The notes under the pieces were generated by a model, which saw only the letters and a program-made list of their open reading frames with translations, was not told the origin of the DNA and did not search any database. The position numbers and the translations under genes are program-made. This document shows positions 35,762 through 45,251 of a DNA stretch of 64,000 bases, piece after piece (position 1 is the stretch's first letter; each line of letters starts with the position of its first letter). The stretch is from a virus. Location: the IMG/VR virus record IMGVR_UViG_3300042562_002450, positions 1 to 64,000 of that record, one strand, 5' to 3'.

Positions 35762-36151
35762 TTGGTTATGATTTTTTTAGAAATAGTTGCAGTATTACTG
35801 GCGGTTGCCGCTGCATTCTCTATTGCTGTTTATGTATTTAGTAAAAAAAGAAAGAGCTATGATCAAGCAGAAGATATTCTTGAAACTGATCTTCCATGGA
35901 CTATTGTTAAAGCAGCAGAAGAGCGTTTAGGAGAAGTTGTTAGTTTTGAATATGATGACATTAAAGGATGGATCCAAAACTACCCACCGATACCTGAGAT
36001 CAAACAAAAAGAAGTTAGTAAAAAAAAAGTTAGTAAAAAAAAAGTTTCTAAGAAAAAAGTTACAAAAAAAATAAGTAAAAAAGTTTCTAAGAAAAAAGTT
36101 ACAAAAAAAATAAGTAAAAAAGCTTCTAAGAAAAAAGTGAGTAAAAAATGA
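35762..36151 (+). CDS. Membrane-anchored protein with histone-H1-like Lys-rich repeats
   Basis: N-terminal TM helix; KKKVSKKKV repeats. Confidence 0.7.
   Translation: MVMIFLEIVAVLLAVAAAFSIAVYVFSKKRKSYDQAEDILETDLPWTIVKAAEERLGEVVSFEYDDIKGWIQNYPPIPEIKQKEVSKKKVSKKKVSKKKVTKKISKKVSKKKVTKKISKKASKKKVSKK
36004..36147 (+). repeat. Coding tandem repeats (KKKVS/KKKVT units, including a 39-bp duplication)
   Basis: AAAAAGTTTCTAAGAAAAAAGTTACAAAAAAAATAAGTA occurs twice in tandem. Confidence 0.8.
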
Positions 36152-36333
36152 ATTTTTTTACATTGCTAGCAGTCCTATTTATAGGATTAAAATTAACTAA
36201 TTTCATTACATGGTCGTGGTGGCTCGTTCTATTACCGCTTTATGGTGGACTTGGAATTGCTTTTGGCATTATGTTTTTTGGCTTTATTGTTACAGTAATT
36301 TTTGGAAAACCTTCATATAAATTTAAAAGGTAA
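36148..36333 (+). CDS. Small membrane protein
   Basis: LKLT..ITWSWWLVLLP phage membrane motif. Confidence 0.7.
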   Translation: MNFFTLLAVLFIGLKLTNFITWSWWLVLLPLYGGLGIAFGIMFFGFIVTVIFGKPSYKFKR

Positions 36334-36335
36334 AA

Positions 36336-36653
36336 ATGCATTCTTTAGTTGATCTTGTTTTAATGAGAGATAGAACTTTGAAAAGAGATGAAGTTCAAAA
36401 CATCTTAACACTAACGACTGAGGTTGTTCGTGAAAATTTGCAAGAAGGAAGGGATGTTCTTTGGGTTGATCTTTGTACTTTTACTTGGAAAGTTAAAGCT
36501 AAAACAAAGAAAGAGCTTGCTCTTTTTGCAGAAAATCCAGAACTTGCTAGATGTGACAAGATAAGAATTCAGCCCGCTGAAGGCATGGAATCTCTTGATG
36601 CTTTTGGTGGAGTAATCAAAGAATCAAAACGTAAAGTTAAAAAAGTCGAATGA
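36336..36653 (+). CDS. HU/IHF-like DNA-binding protein (divergent)
   Basis: Helix pair then L.EG.DV....LCTF pattern. Confidence 0.55.
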   Translation: MHSLVDLVLMRDRTLKRDEVQNILTLTTEVVRENLQEGRDVLWVDLCTFTWKVKAKTKKELALFAENPELARCDKIRIQPAEGMESLDAFGGVIKESKRKVKKVE

Positions 36654-36689
36654 TCATGACAAGAAGTCATAAAACAAAATGGAGGACAT

Positions 36690-36971
36690 ATGGTTAGACA
36701 ACCGAAACCACGAAAACGCTCAAGAGCTGACTTACTAAGAGATGCTTGCCAAGAAAACTATGATGGATACACTCAGGATTCAACTAAAGAAGAAATTGCA
36801 CGATTAAGCAAAGTTAACTTCTCACTAGTTGAAGACAAGAAAGCTGTAACAAAAAGTATGAATGAAGTAATTAAAGACAATCAAATGAAAGTTGAATATT
36901 TAGTTGAAAAACTAGATGCTTTACGTCATGACGTTGCTGTTGCTTATCATTTAGAACAAGCTGAGTCTTAA
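36690..36971 (+). CDS. Hypothetical coiled-coil protein
   Basis: GGAGG RBS. Confidence 0.65.
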   Translation: MVRQPKPRKRSRADLLRDACQENYDGYTQDSTKEEIARLSKVNFSLVEDKKAVTKSMNEVIKDNQMKVEYLVEKLDALRHDVAVAYHLEQAES

Positions 36972-37166
36972 GTGTCTCAACTCTTATTGTTCCCAGAAAT
37001 GGGAACAAGAGACTTTGTCTCAATAAATAAAGAATATGCCTTAGAGTCTGCAGTTCAATTAATTGAAGATTGCATTATTGGTTTTGATGATTGGAATGAA
37101 TATTACAAAACAGATGAGCTCTATAGAATTATTAATAAACTTAAAGAGTTAAAAAAAGATGACTAA
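36972..37166 (+). CDS. Hypothetical protein
   Basis: 64 aa, GTG start. Confidence 0.5.
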   Translation: MSQLLLFPEMGTRDFVSINKEYALESAVQLIEDCIIGFDDWNEYYKTDELYRIINKLKELKKDD

Positions 37167-37482
37167 AAATGATTATCTAGAATACCACAGGTCTATGTGT
37201 AATAAGATGGTGGAAATTGCTAAAGCAAAAAATGCTGATTACACTGGCGCAATCGAAGACCCCTTTGCAAATTTTAGTAGAGTTAATATTCTTGGAATAT
37301 GTTCTACAGAACAAGGGTTTCTTGTAAGAATGAATGATAAGTTCTCGCGGATTATTTCATTTGTTCAAAAAGGTATTTTTGAAGTAAAAGATGAAAGTGT
37401 CGAAGATACTTTATTAGACTTAGCTAACTATGCCATTTTAATGGCTGGTTATATTAAGTCACAAAAGCAAAAAGCTCATTAA
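37159..37482 (+). CDS. DUF1599 / nucleotide-modification-associated domain 1-like protein
   Basis: KNADY...DPFANF...RMNDKFSR...ESVEDTLLDLANY. Confidence 0.75.
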   Translation: MTKNDYLEYHRSMCNKMVEIAKAKNADYTGAIEDPFANFSRVNILGICSTEQGFLVRMNDKFSRIISFVQKGIFEVKDESVEDTLLDLANYAILMAGYIKSQKQKAH

Positions 37483-38038
37483 TGGGCTTCATTGAAGTTT
37501 TCTTTAATGACTAATAAAAGATGTATGTTTAACTTCCTGTCCTACGGCAGTTCATTAAACATACATGTAATCTTGTGCTGGGCTCTTCGGTACCTTAGGC
37601 CTCTAAGGATACACGGGTTCCGGGATCCTGATCCAGGAAGAATAACTTGCAACTATTAGAAATTAATAGAAGCGATGTCTATCGATTTTGCCTGGTAGCA
37701 TGCGACTGCAGGTGTATGCAATTGGAGCTGGAGACGGCGTGCGGGCGGAGCTGCGCGAGCGCTTCGTACGAGATTACATTCTGAAACTATCAGGGGGAGA
37801 AATCCCCCAAATAGTTTTTATTAGAATTTAGGAAACAATATGTTAGTAACTAGCATATCAGTAAAATTTTCATTCCTTACAACTTTTTGGAAGTGTCTGT
37901 TATAAAAGAAGTTTTATAACATACTCTTCTTCTAGAGGATGTAGGGGGAATAGCTACTACCTGACAAATTTCGCGATGGAGATAGGAATACGTTTCTATC
38001 TCCTAAGGTAGTATTTTTTTTTTAAAAAAGGTGGTTAT
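37483..38038. other. Hairpin-dense 555-bp intergenic region with a GC-rich core (ncRNA or origin candidate)
   Basis: At least eight inverted repeats; GC-rich stretch 37724-37771. Confidence 0.55.
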
Positions 38039-39100
38039 ATGAATGTAAATTTTAAAACAATTTTTTATGAAGAATTGATTGATACAAATTCAGAATATAA
38101 AAAAACAGCAGAAGAAACTATATCAAAGTTTCCAAATGCAAAAATAATAAAAGTAAAATCTCATAATAAAATTAAAGAATTATACGAGATAAATCCCCAA
38201 GAGTGGATTAAATCAAAAAAAGATTATTTAGTTCTTGGTATAAAAAAAGATCTAAAACATCAAGCAAATACAAAGTCCTCAGACTTTATAGCAGCATCAC
38301 ATACTACTGGATGCTTGGCATCTTGTCAGTATTGCTATGTTGCAAGAAATTCCGGCGGATCAAATGTCGCCAAATCTTATGTTAATATAAAAGAAATAAC
38401 TAATTCTATAGATAGTCATCAAAAAGAAATAGGTAAAAAAACGATAAGCAATCAGCAAGACTCAGATTTTTGGGTCTATGATATTGGATGCAATAATGAT
38501 AACAGTCTTGATGCATTCTATTCAAACAATTCAGTTAATTTAATAAATGCGTTTGCAGAAATGAAAAATGCAAAAGCATCTTTTGCTACAAAGTTTGTAA
38601 ATGAAGAAGCTTGGCTATCTGTTGACCCCAAAGGGAAAACAAGGATTAGGTATAGTCTAATGCCTCAAGAGGTATCTAAGTACGTAGATATTAGAACTAG
38701 TCCGATCTCTGATCGTATTAAGTCTATGAATAACTTGGTTGATGCAGGATACGAGGTTCATGCAAACTTTAGTCCTGTTATTGTTTATGGTGGAGACCAG
38801 TGGGCAAAAGACTGGAAAAAACTTTGGGAAGAGATGAATGATGTCTTAAATCAAAAAGTTAAAAATCAGCTAAAGTCAGAAGTTATATTCCTTACACATA
38901 GCCAAAAGCTTCATGAGCTTAATATGGAATGGAATCCAAAAGGTGAAGAATTCCTTTTTGGTCAAATTCATCAACATGAAAAATACAATAAGCCGGATGT
39001 GCTTGTTTATGATTATGCAGAAAAAAAGAAACTAGTAGAGCGATTTACTAATGGTATGAATAAATATATTCCTTATTGCAAGATAAGGTACATTTTTTAA
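38039..39100 (+). CDS. splB: Spore photoproduct lyase-like radical SAM protein
   Basis: GCLASCQYCY cluster motif; FATK, RIRYSLMP, GYEVHANFSPV. Confidence 0.85.
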   Translation: MNVNFKTIFYEELIDTNSEYKKTAEETISKFPNAKIIKVKSHNKIKELYEINPQEWIKSKKDYLVLGIKKDLKHQANTKSSDFIAASHTTGCLASCQYCYVARNSGGSNVAKSYVNIKEITNSIDSHQKEIGKKTISNQQDSDFWVYDIGCNNDNSLDAFYSNNSVNLINAFAEMKNAKASFATKFVNEEAWLSVDPKGKTRIRYSLMPQEVSKYVDIRTSPISDRIKSMNNLVDAGYEVHANFSPVIVYGGDQWAKDWKKLWEEMNDVLNQKVKNQLKSEVIFLTHSQKLHELNMEWNPKGEEFLFGQIHQHEKYNKPDVLVYDYAEKKKLVERFTNGMNKYIPYCKIRYIF

Positions 39101-39114
39101 TTATAGGAGCACAA

Positions 39115-39282
39115 ATGAATACAGATGAAGCATTTAATAATATAGCAATTGTCATGAATGATTGCTATGATGCAGCCGAAAGACTATATAATAATGATCT
39201 TGGTTGGGATGCTGATGCTTACAATGCTATGGGCGATTTATTAAAAAGTGTATTAGAAAAATATTTTCACGCAGAGGTATAG
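39115..39282 (+). CDS. Hypothetical protein
   Basis: AGGAG RBS. Confidence 0.6.
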   Translation: MNTDEAFNNIAIVMNDCYDAAERLYNNDLGWDADAYNAMGDLLKSVLEKYFHAEV

Positions 39283-39283
39283 C

Positions 39284-41980
39284 ATGGATTTCGTTCATCT
39301 TCACTTGCACACAGATTACTCAATGATGGATGGTTGTCAAAAGCCTGACATGGTTTTTGAGCGTCTTAAAGAGTTAGGAATGAATAAGGTTGCTATTACT
39401 AATCATGGTAATGTAATCAACATGCCTTACATAATTGAGAAAGGCGCAAAAGCCGGAATACAAGTTATTCCTGGATGTGAGTTTTATATCTGCTGGGATC
39501 ACTCAGCATTAATAAAAGATACAGACCATAAAAAGGTATATCACATGGTTGTTCTTGCAATGAACAATGTGGGGTATAAAAATTTACTAAAGTTATCTTC
39601 TTTAGGATATTTAGTAGGCAAGTATCATAAGCCAAGAATAGATAGAGAGATGCTTGAGAAGCACTCAGAAGGTCTTATTATTCTTACAGCATGTCTTAAT
39701 GGTACATTGGCTAATCAGATAGGCAAGCAAGGTAAGTGCCCTACAGATCTAAATGCTGATGTTGAATGGTTGAAGGAAGTATTTGGAGATAGGGCATATC
39801 TTGAAATCCAAAGACATCCAGAATTACCTGAAAATGACGTTGCATGTAATGGGATAATTGAACTAAGTAGAATTCATAATGTACCGTTAGTGGTAACCTG
39901 TGATGCTCATTATAGTAGAAAAGAACATTTTAATGCATGGCAATCAATGATGCTGCTCCAGACAAACTTTCGGTTTGGTCATGATCTTCAGAATGATTAC
40001 TATATTAAAAGTGCCGATCAGATGTATGCGCTTTTTCCTGATTATCCAGAAGCTGTTGAAGAAACAGTTAGAATTGGAAATCGTTGTGAGCCTATCACAT
40101 TTGATAAAAGCATTAAGTATCCTGCTTTTAATACAGGAGGCATGAGTCCTCATGAGTATCTAAAAAATCTTTCATATTCTGGATTGGAATCTAGAATAGC
40201 AAAAGGTCAAATTAAAGAAAAAAGAATAAATGAATACAAAGAGAGATTAGAATATGAATGTAATATTTTGGCTGAAAAGAATTTTAGTACATACATGCTC
40301 ATTGTTGCCGATTTCATTACCTGGGCGAAAGATCAAGGAATACGTGTTGGCCCCGGTCGTGGTTCGGGCGCAGGTAGCTTAGTTGCATATCTCACAAGAA
40401 TCACAGAGGTAGACCCACTTAAAGAAAAGTATGATCTAATCTTTGAGCGTTTTATTAATCCTGAAAGAGATAGCTTTCCAGATATTGATACAGATTTTGA
40501 TGATTTACTTCGTACGAAGGTCATTGATTATATGTATGAAAAATATGGAGCAGAGTATGTTTGCAGAATTTTAACTATTGTTGGTATTGCAGCTAAGGGA
40601 GCAATTCGTGAAATTGCTCGTAGATATGAAGTATCACCTGTTGAAGTTAATGCATTATCGAAAATGATACCAGGTCCAATCAGAGGACGGCCCACCGCGT
40701 TAAAAGATGCTGCGGCTTTAAGTGATGATTTTCGAAAAAAAATAGAGAGCGATTCTAAGTATAAGCTAATTTATGATACAGCTCTGGTAATTGAAAACAT
40801 GGCAAAGAGTACAGGTACTCATGCTGCTGGTGTTATCTTGTCTGATGACAAGCCTTTAACAGAACATGTCGGACAGATGATAGATAAAAATGGCAACAGA
40901 ACTTCTTCTGATGACATGAAAGTTCTTGAAAATCTTGGTTTTATTAAGTTTGATTTCTTAGGATTGAAAACTCTTTCTATTATATCAAATACAATTAAGC
41001 GTATAAAAGAAAATCACAAGATAGATATCGATCTAGACATGATTGACTTAGATGACAAAGCTGTTTATAAAGAAATCTTTTCTGTTGGTAAGCTTGCTGG
41101 TGTTTTTCAATTATCTGGGTCAAGTGGATTTAAGAATGTAACTATTCTTTTTAATCCTCGTGATGTTGCAGAAATTTCTGATATCAATGCTGTTTATCGT
41201 CCAGGTCCATTAGATAATGGTTTTGTTGAAAAGTATGCAGAAAATAAACAGAGACTACTGCGCGGGTCGCCACTTGATTATATGATGAAAGTTGATAATC
41301 CGATTAAACAAAAAGAAATTGAGATAATACTCAAACCAACTTATGGTGTTTGTTTATATCAAGAGCAAATTCAATTTATTGCTCAGCGTGTTGCTGGTTA
41401 TACTTTGGGCGGGGCAGACTTGCTTCGTCGAGCTATTGGTAAAAAAAAACCAGAAGAGATGGAAATTCAAAAGAAAGTTTTTGTTAATGGTTGCTTAGCT
41501 AATGGTATCAGTGAAAAATCAGCAGTAGATTTATTTACACAAATTGAAAAATTTGCTGATTACTGTTTTAACAAGTCTCACTCAATTGCATATAGTATAA
41601 TTACTTATCAAACTGCTTGGTTAAAATACTACTATCCTGCTGAGTTTTATGCTGCAAATCTTACATCTGTATCAAATGAAAGAGATAAAACAATTCAATT
41701 TCTCTCTTCATGTAAAGAAGAAGGCATTGTAATTCTTCCTCCTTCAATACAGAGCTCTGCACTGGATTACACTACAACACCAGAAGGTATTCGTTTTGGT
41801 CTTAATGCTATTAAAGGTATTGGATCTTCAGTTATTAACCCTATCGTTAAAGAAAGAACAGAAAATGGTAAGTTTACAAGTTTCTATAATTTCATGCATA
41901 GGGTTCAAGGCAAAGGCGTAGATAAAGCAAGTATAACCGCATTAATTGAGTCAGGTGCATTTTCTGAGCTTGTAGCATGA
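39284..41980 (+). CDS. dnaE: DNA polymerase III alpha subunit, N-terminal part (PHP, palm, fingers, HhH)
   Basis: HLHLHTDYS, GPGRGSGAGS, PDIDTDF, THAAG, KFDFLGL, YCFNKSH; ends at ESGAF. Confidence 0.95.
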   Translation: MDFVHLHLHTDYSMMDGCQKPDMVFERLKELGMNKVAITNHGNVINMPYIIEKGAKAGIQVIPGCEFYICWDHSALIKDTDHKKVYHMVVLAMNNVGYKNLLKLSSLGYLVGKYHKPRIDREMLEKHSEGLIILTACLNGTLANQIGKQGKCPTDLNADVEWLKEVFGDRAYLEIQRHPELPENDVACNGIIELSRIHNVPLVVTCDAHYSRKEHFNAWQSMMLLQTNFRFGHDLQNDYYIKSADQMYALFPDYPEAVEETVRIGNRCEPITFDKSIKYPAFNTGGMSPHEYLKNLSYSGLESRIAKGQIKEKRINEYKERLEYECNILAEKNFSTYMLIVADFITWAKDQGIRVGPGRGSGAGSLVAYLTRITEVDPLKEKYDLIFERFINPERDSFPDIDTDFDDLLRTKVIDYMYEKYGAEYVCRILTIVGIAAKGAIREIARRYEVSPVEVNALSKMIPGPIRGRPTALKDAAALSDDFRKKIESDSKYKLIYDTALVIENMAKSTGTHAAGVILSDDKPLTEHVGQMIDKNGNRTSSDDMKVLENLGFIKFDFLGLKTLSIISNTIKRIKENHKIDIDLDMIDLDDKAVYKEIFSVGKLAGVFQLSGSSGFKNVTILFNPRDVAEISDINAVYRPGPLDNGFVEKYAENKQRLLRGSPLDYMMKVDNPIKQKEIEIILKPTYGVCLYQEQIQFIAQRVAGYTLGGADLLRRAIGKKKPEEMEIQKKVFVNGCLANGISEKSAVDLFTQIEKFADYCFNKSHSIAYSIITYQTAWLKYYYPAEFYAANLTSVSNERDKTIQFLSSCKEEGIVILPPSIQSSALDYTTTPEGIRFGLNAIKGIGSSVINPIVKERTENGKFTSFYNFMHRVQGKGVDKASITALIESGAFSELVA

Positions 41981-42058
41981 AAGATGACTTAGATACAAAA
42001 AAAATATTACAAATAATGGGCATCGTAACTGGTGCCTTTGTAATCATAAAAGGAATTA

Positions 42059-43183
42059 TTGATGGCGAATATCCAATCAAAGAAGTTTCCAGTTTTATAC
42101 AAGAAGACTTCGACTGGCAAAATCCAGACATGGGAGATATGGGTTACAGATAACGTAATGCATTCTGAGTCTGGACAACTAGATGGTAAGAAGATCAAAT
42201 CTGAAGATACAATTAAAGAAGGAAAGAATATTGGCAGAGCCAATCAAACAACTCCCGAAGAACAAGCCATACTAGAAGCAGAAGCTCGTTGGACTGCTAA
42301 GACAAAGAAAGGATATACAATCACTCAAATAGGTGCTGCAGCTGGAAAAGTTGAAGACGTTATTGAGGGTGGGATTAATCCTATGCTTGCTAAGTCTTAT
42401 TCAGATCAAGGAGAAAAGATTCTATTCCCTTGTGCAGTACAGCCTAAGCTAGATGGCATTCGATGTGTTGCTATGGGTTCGAGTCTTTGGACAAGAACTC
42501 GTAAATCGATTAGAAGTGTTCCACACATTGCAAACGCTTTAGATGCACTTGATCTTGGTAAATTAGTTTTAGATGGTGAACTATATAATCATGATTTCAG
42601 AAATGACTTCGAAAAGATAACCACAATTGTTGGTCAAAAAAAAGATGTCGATCCTAATCATAAATTATGCCAGTATCATATCTACGACATGCCGTGTGAT
42701 GGCAACTTTAATCATAGACGTTTTCAGCTTCACAAACTATTCAGTAAGCTTCCAAAGAACTCTCCATTAAAATTGGTAGAGACTATTGAGGTAGCAGATG
42801 AAGTTGAACTAGATGCGGCTTTTGAAAAATTTAAAGCTGAAGGATACGAAGGTGCAATGGTTCGTAACTTAGACTCACCATATGAATATAAGCGATCTAA
42901 TCATCTTCAAAAGATGAAAGAATTTGAAGATGCTGAATTCAAGATCATTGGCGTAGAAGAAGGTCGCGGTAAACTTCAAGGGCACGCTGGTGCTTTTGTC
43001 TGTGTAACAGATAATGGTAATGAATTTAAAGCTAAGATGGCTGGAGAAATCAAACACCTTAAGGATTACTGGACTAATAAACATCAATACATTGGTCAAA
43101 TCCTTACAGTTAAATTTCAAGGCCTTACAAGTGGTAAGGTCCCAAGATTTCCAGTAGGTAAGGCTATAAGAGATTACGAATAG
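42059..43183 (+). CDS. lig: ATP-dependent DNA ligase
   Basis: PMLA, QPKLDGIRC, DGELY, EGAMVR, KMK, RFP. Confidence 0.92.
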   Translation: MMANIQSKKFPVLYKKTSTGKIQTWEIWVTDNVMHSESGQLDGKKIKSEDTIKEGKNIGRANQTTPEEQAILEAEARWTAKTKKGYTITQIGAAAGKVEDVIEGGINPMLAKSYSDQGEKILFPCAVQPKLDGIRCVAMGSSLWTRTRKSIRSVPHIANALDALDLGKLVLDGELYNHDFRNDFEKITTIVGQKKDVDPNHKLCQYHIYDMPCDGNFNHRRFQLHKLFSKLPKNSPLKLVETIEVADEVELDAAFEKFKAEGYEGAMVRNLDSPYEYKRSNHLQKMKEFEDAEFKIIGVEEGRGKLQGHAGAFVCVTDNGNEFKAKMAGEIKHLKDYWTNKHQYIGQILTVKFQGLTSGKVPRFPVGKAIRDYE

Positions 43184-43190
43184 GATTAAT

Positions 43191-43919
43191 ATGTCAAAGA
43201 TAAACAAGAGTGAAGCAATACATGCTCTTAGCAGTATTGTGGAATTGCAAAAGAAGAAAGATGACTTTATTATCTTCATACCTTCTAAAGAAAACCTCTC
43301 CGAAGATGAAATGATGATAAAAGAATTTGAACTTCTAGGTTATTATTTGACTAAGCATCCATTAGATAATTATAAATCCAAACTTGCATCTGTTACCAAG
43401 ATTGGAGATTTGGCAGAATATCCAAGTAGTAAAAGTGTTGTGGTGTGCGGCATTATAGTGGAAAGTAAAGTTATTCAAACAAAAGCAGGAAAGACAATGG
43501 CTTTTTTGCAGCTTGAAGATCTGACAGGCAGAACGGAAATCGTTATCTTTCCATCTACTTATGAAAAGTATAAAACTTACATTTCAAACAATGGGCTGAT
43601 AGAACTAGTAGGCAAAGTTGAAGTTGAGGAGTCCGAATCTGAAAATGAGGATGAGCTACCAGTTAAGACTGCAAAGATACTAGCATCAGGCATTCGACCA
43701 CTGGAAGAAATGTGTAAGATAAGAGAACTTAGATTAAAGTTAAATTGCAAAGAGAATCTAGAACAAATAGCAAGTATTCTTAAATATGAAAGTGGTAATA
43801 TTCCAATTCTTATTGAGTATAGTGATTTTTTACTAGAAACTTCGTTTAGAATATCGCAAAATATAGATATTCTAAATCAATTAAGAGAACTTTGTCTTAT
43901 AAAGGAAATAAAAGAATGA
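43191..43919 (+). CDS. dnaE: DNA polymerase III alpha subunit, C-terminal part (OB fold and CTD)
   Basis: E.ELLGYYLTKHPL, TKAGKTMAFLQLEDLTG..EIVIFP. Confidence 0.88.
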   Translation: MSKINKSEAIHALSSIVELQKKKDDFIIFIPSKENLSEDEMMIKEFELLGYYLTKHPLDNYKSKLASVTKIGDLAEYPSSKSVVVCGIIVESKVIQTKAGKTMAFLQLEDLTGRTEIVIFPSTYEKYKTYISNNGLIELVGKVEVEESESENEDELPVKTAKILASGIRPLEEMCKIRELRLKLNCKENLEQIASILKYESGNIPILIEYSDFLLETSFRISQNIDILNQLRELCLIKEIKE

Positions 43920-45055
43920 AAATTACTAGTACAACGATTACTGGACGAAAGAACATTAAACGTGAGCAACCGTATCGAGCTGACAAAAAAGCAAAGAAAG
44001 TAGCACACGTAGTAAAAAAAGTTCGACCAAACAATGTTGAAGACACAGACCTTATCGACCTGACAAATGAAGTTGATCTAGTTGCACTTAGTTTTGAGGG
44101 AAAAGTAAAACATTCCCCTAAAGATAAAGAAGCTAGAAGAGATGTAGTAAGGATGATGCTTACTGAAATCCAAGAAGCAGCTAAGAAGTATAAGCCTCTT
44201 AGTCTTGGTAAGAAAGCTCCACAAAAGAAAAATGGTGAAAGCCTATGTATGCTTTTTTCAGATTGGCATGTTGGGAAAGTAATCAAAACAAGAAGTGGCA
44301 AACATATCTTTGATAGCGAAATTGCTATTAATCGAATTATGAATGAGATTCCACAACAGTTTGAAGATTATATTTCAAATAGAGTCAGTTCTAAAAACAT
44401 TGAAGAAATTGTAATCTTCTTTGCTGGAGATGTTGTAGACAATGACATTATCTATCCTGGTCAAAGACTTCATGTAGATAATGGTGTTGCTGTTCAATTC
44501 AGAGATGCTATTAATGCAATTCATACAATGATTAGAAAATTCAGAGTAGCTGCAGACAAGCATATTGGAAAAAATATTCCGATTCGTGTTGAATGCATTA
44601 CTGGTAATCATGGTCGTGCTGGTAAAGATTCTGAGACTCCAATTTGTTCATGGGATACTGCGGCTTATGCTGCCTTAGACTTAACAATGAGAGCTTCAGG
44701 AGTTAAAGATATTGAAATTGGTTATTCACTTGAAGATCAAAGAGTAACAAACGTAAGAGGACTAAGAGCTCTTATGATTCATCATCTTCCACCAACTACA
44801 GAAGGCCCATCAGCTAAGAAAACATTCGGTGGTCTCTATGAGATTTTCGATTATGATTTTTGTGTTTACGGTGACTTGCACCATTGGGGTGTTGGTTGCT
44901 GGCAAGGTAAGCCATGTATGATGAATGGATCATTATGTGGTTATGACGATTATGCAATTTCATTAGCACTAAGAGATGACTGGTCACAATTAATGTGGAT
45001 CGTTAAAGACAACGAACCAGTAGAAGAACTAACCCGTTTTAAAAGGATCACATAA
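43916..45055 (+). CDS. Calcineurin-like metallophosphoesterase with basic N-terminal extension
   Basis: SDWH, GDVVD, GNHGR, GDLHH. Confidence 0.8.
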   Translation: MKITSTTITGRKNIKREQPYRADKKAKKVAHVVKKVRPNNVEDTDLIDLTNEVDLVALSFEGKVKHSPKDKEARRDVVRMMLTEIQEAAKKYKPLSLGKKAPQKKNGESLCMLFSDWHVGKVIKTRSGKHIFDSEIAINRIMNEIPQQFEDYISNRVSSKNIEEIVIFFAGDVVDNDIIYPGQRLHVDNGVAVQFRDAINAIHTMIRKFRVAADKHIGKNIPIRVECITGNHGRAGKDSETPICSWDTAAYAALDLTMRASGVKDIEIGYSLEDQRVTNVRGLRALMIHHLPPTTEGPSAKKTFGGLYEIFDYDFCVYGDLHHWGVGCWQGKPCMMNGSLCGYDDYAISLALRDDWSQLMWIVKDNEPVEELTRFKRIT

Positions 45056-45241
45056 GTGATAACAATTTATAATACGAAAGTATTAAATGCAAATGATGTA
45101 AGAGAAGACTCAACTGTCATTCATGGACAAGTCTACTCATTACTTTGTAAAGATACTGCTGGAAATGAATTTGAAGTAGAGACAAACAAAGATACCTTTG
45201 TTCAAGTCTCTAATTTCTTATATAAAATTAAAGAAGTCTAA
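45056..45241 (+). CDS. Hypothetical protein
   Basis: 61 aa, GTG start. Confidence 0.5.
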   Translation: MITIYNTKVLNANDVREDSTVIHGQVYSLLCKDTAGNEFEVETNKDTFVQVSNFLYKIKEV

Positions 45242-45251
45242 AGGAGAAATC

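Noticed and set aside
41977-42153. 58-aa ORF bridging the dnaE stop and the ligase start
   Set aside because: It overlaps the ligase by about 90 nt and shows no DnaE or intein similarity; probably incidental.
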